Positions 61,292-64,000 of a stretch of 64,000 nt of DNA are shown here, in pieces. The translations under genes and the position numbers were made by a program. The stretch lies in assembly GCA_040954595.2 (NCBI GenBank), contig CM082584.2:9950090-10014089 (forward strand). Reading direction: 5' to 3'. The DNA is from Balanoglossus misakiensis (lineage: Eukaryota > Animalia > Hemichordata). The notes beneath the pieces are model-generated. The model was not told the origin of the DNA. It ran no database searches and saw only the letters and a program-made list of their open reading frames with translations. Each line of letters begins with the position of its first letter. Positions within the stretch are counted from its first letter, which is position 1.

Positions 61292-64000
61292 CGATTTTTC
61301 GACTTTGCGAATTTTCAAAATTTGGTCATTTTTTGATAAAAACCATGGGTTATAGCTCATGAAAATCATCCAAAAATGAGAATTTTTCGACTGTGCGGAA
61401 TTTCAAAATTTGGCCGATTTTTGAAAAAATCATGGGTTATAGCTCATGAAAATCATCCAAAAATGAGAATTTTTCGACTTTGCCGAATTTCAAAATTTGG
61501 CCGATTTTTGAAAAAATCATGGGTTATAGCTCATGAAAATCATCCAAAAATGAGAATTTTTCGACATTGCGGTATTTCAAAATTTGGCCGATTTTTGAAA
61601 AAATCATGGGTTATAGCTCATGAAAATCATCCAAAAATGAGAATTTTTCGACTTTGCGGAATTTCAAAATTTGGCCGATTTTTGAAAAAATCATGGGTTA
61701 TAGCTCATGAAAATCATCCAAAAATGAGAATTTTTCGACTTTGCGGAATTTCAAAATTTGGCCGATTTTTGAAAAAATCATGGGTTATAGCTCATGAAAA
61801 TCATCCAAAAATGAGAATTTTTCGACTTTGCGGAATTTCAAAATTTGGCCGATTTTTGAAAAAATCATGGGTTATAGCTCATGAAAATCATCCAAAAATG
61901 AGAATTTTTCGACTTTGCGGAATTTCAAAATTTGGCCGATTTTTGAAAAAATCATGGGTTATAGCTCATGAAAATCATCCAAAAATGAGAATTTTTCGAC
62001 TTTGCGGAATTTCAAAATTTGGCCGATTTTTGAAAAAATCATGGGTATATAGCTCATGAAAATCATCCAAAAATGAGAATTTTTCGACTTTGCGGAATTT
62101 CAAAATTTGGCCGATTTTTGAAAAAATCATGGGTTATAGCTCATGAAAATCATCCAAAAATGAGAATTTTTCGACTTTGCGGAATTTCAAAATTTGGCCG
62201 ATTTTTGAAAAAATCATGGGTTATAGCTCATGAAAATCATCCAAAAATGAGAATTTTTCGACTTTGCGGAATTTCAAAATTTGGCCGATTTTTGAAAAAA
62301 TCATGGGTTATAGCTCATGAAAATCATCCAAAAATGAGAATTTTTCGACTTTGCGGAATTTCAAAATTTGGCCGATTTTTGAAAAAATCATGGGTTATAG
62401 CTCATGAAAATCATCCAAAAATGAGAATTTTTCGACTTTGCGGAATTTCAAAATTTGGCCGATTTTTGAAAAAATCATGGGTTATAGCTCATGAAAATCA
62501 TCCAAAAATGAGAATTTTTCGACTTTGCGGAATTTCAAAATTTGGCCGATTTTTGAAAAAATCATGGGTTATAGCTCATGAAAATCATCCAAAAATGAGA
62601 ATTTTTCGACTTTGCGGAATTTCAAAATTTGGCCGATTTTTGAAAAAATCATGGGTTATAGCTCATGAAAATCATCCAAAAATGAGAATTTTTCGACTTT
62701 GCGGAATTTCAAAATTTGGCCGATTTTTGAAAAAATCATGGGTTATAGCTCATGAAAATCATCCAAAAATGAGAATTTTTCGACTTTGCGGAATTTCAAA
62801 ATTTGGCCGATTTTTGAAAAAATCATGGGTTATAGCTCATGAAAATCATCCAAAAATGAGAATTTTTCGACTTTGCGGAATTTCAAAATTTGGCCGATTT
62901 TTGAAAAAATCATGGGTTATAGCTCATGAAAATCATCCAAAAATGAGAATTTTTCGACTTTGCGGAATTTCAAAATTTGGCCGATTTTTGAAAAAATCAT
63001 GGGTTATAGCTCATGAAAATCATCCAAAAATGAGAATTTTTCGACTTTGCTGGAATTTCAAAATTTGGCCGATTTTTGAAAAAATCATGGGTTATAGCTC
63101 ATGAAAATCATCCAAAAATGAGAATTTTTCGACTTTGCGGAATTTCAAAATTTGGCCGATTTTTGAAAAAATCATGGGTTATAGCTCATGAAAATCATCC
63201 AAAAATGAGAATTTTTCGACTTTGCGGAATTTCAAAATTTGGCCGATTTTTGAAAAAATCATGGGTTATAGCTCATGAAAATCATCCAAAAATGAGAATT
63301 TTTCGACTTTGCGGAATTTCAAAATTTGGCCGATTTTTGAAAAAATCATGGGTTATAGCTCATGAAAATCATCCAAAAATGAGAATTTTTCGACTTTGCG
63401 GAATTTCAAAATTTGGCCGATTTTTGAAAAAATCATGGGTTATAGCTCATGAAAATCATCCAAAAATGAGAATTTTTCGACTTTGCGGAATTTCAAAATT
63501 TGGCCGATTTTTGAAAAAATCATGGGTTATAGCTCATGAAAATCATCCAAAAATGAGAATTTTTCGACTTTGCGGAATTTCAAAATTTGGCCGATTTTTG
63601 AAAAAATCATGGGTTATAGCTCATGAAAATCATCCAAAAATGAGAATTTTTCGACTTTGCGGAATTTCAAAATTTGGCCGATTTTTGAAAAAATCATGGG
63701 TTATAGCTCATGAAAATCATCCAAAAATGAGAATTTTTCGACTTTGCGGAATTTCAAAATTTGGCCGATTTTTGAAAAAATCATGGGTTATAGCTCATGA
63801 AAATCATCCAAAAATGAGAATTTTTCGACTTTGCGGAATTTCAAAATTTGGCCGATTTTTGAAAAAATCATGGGTTATAGCTCATGAAAATCATCCAAAA
63901 ATGAGAATTTTTCGACTTTGCGGAATTTCAAAATTTGGCCGATTTTTGAAAAAATCATGGGTTATAGCTCATGAAAATCATCCAAAAATGAGAATTTTTC
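61292..64000 (+). repeat. Homogeneous 87-bp AT-rich satellite array (~31 copies, runs off the window)
   Basis: Unit: atgagaatttttcgactttgcggaatttcaaaatttggccgatttttgaaaaaatcatgggttatagctcatgaaaatcatccaaaa. Nearly invariant after ~61600 apart from 1-nt insertions at ~62047 and ~63051. Confidence 0.99.

Noticed and set aside
61376-63104. Long ORFs (227 and 343 aa) of repeated MRIFRLCGISKFGRFLKKSWVIAHENHPK
   Set aside because: Artefact of an 87-bp (29-codon) satellite lacking a stop in one frame. There is no synonymous variation, and single-base insertions break the frame.
61292-64000. CRISPR-like periodic array
   Set aside because: No unique spacers, no cas genes, and a eukaryotic context.

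Overview
Intron-rich eukaryotic (metazoan, probably invertebrate deuterostome) DNA. I assembled the genes by hand from splice sites and reading-frame phase. (1) The 3' end of a canonical membrane VLDLR/LDLR-type receptor (+, to 1365; stalk, TM, FDNPVY). (2) A complete 18-exon ovoA gene for ovothiol biosynthesis (-, 9666-20802, ~776 aa) with one GC-AG intron. (3) A complete LDLR-family paralogue (+, 31487-43686, ~891 aa, 7 LA repeats) with a signal peptide but no TM or NPxY; it ends in an unrecognised duplicated 3-Cys basic module split by a furin-type site. (4) A second complete paralogue (+, 52121-58958, ~757 aa, 8 LA repeats) that stops two residues after EGF-C, i.e. a pure secreted ectodomain. 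(5) A probable signal-peptide first exon of a further secreted gene (60598-60661), followed by (6) an 87-bp satellite array with a fold-back inversion at its edge. Also present: an inverted copy of ovoA coding exon 2 at 28.3 kb, an old non-coding tandem duplication (44-50.5 kb), nuclear-receptor DR4/DR1 motifs and several MITEs. The most interesting system is a tandem array of gene-encoded soluble lipoprotein-receptor paralogues, each with an extra EGF-C cysteine, next to the membrane receptor and interrupted by ovoA.
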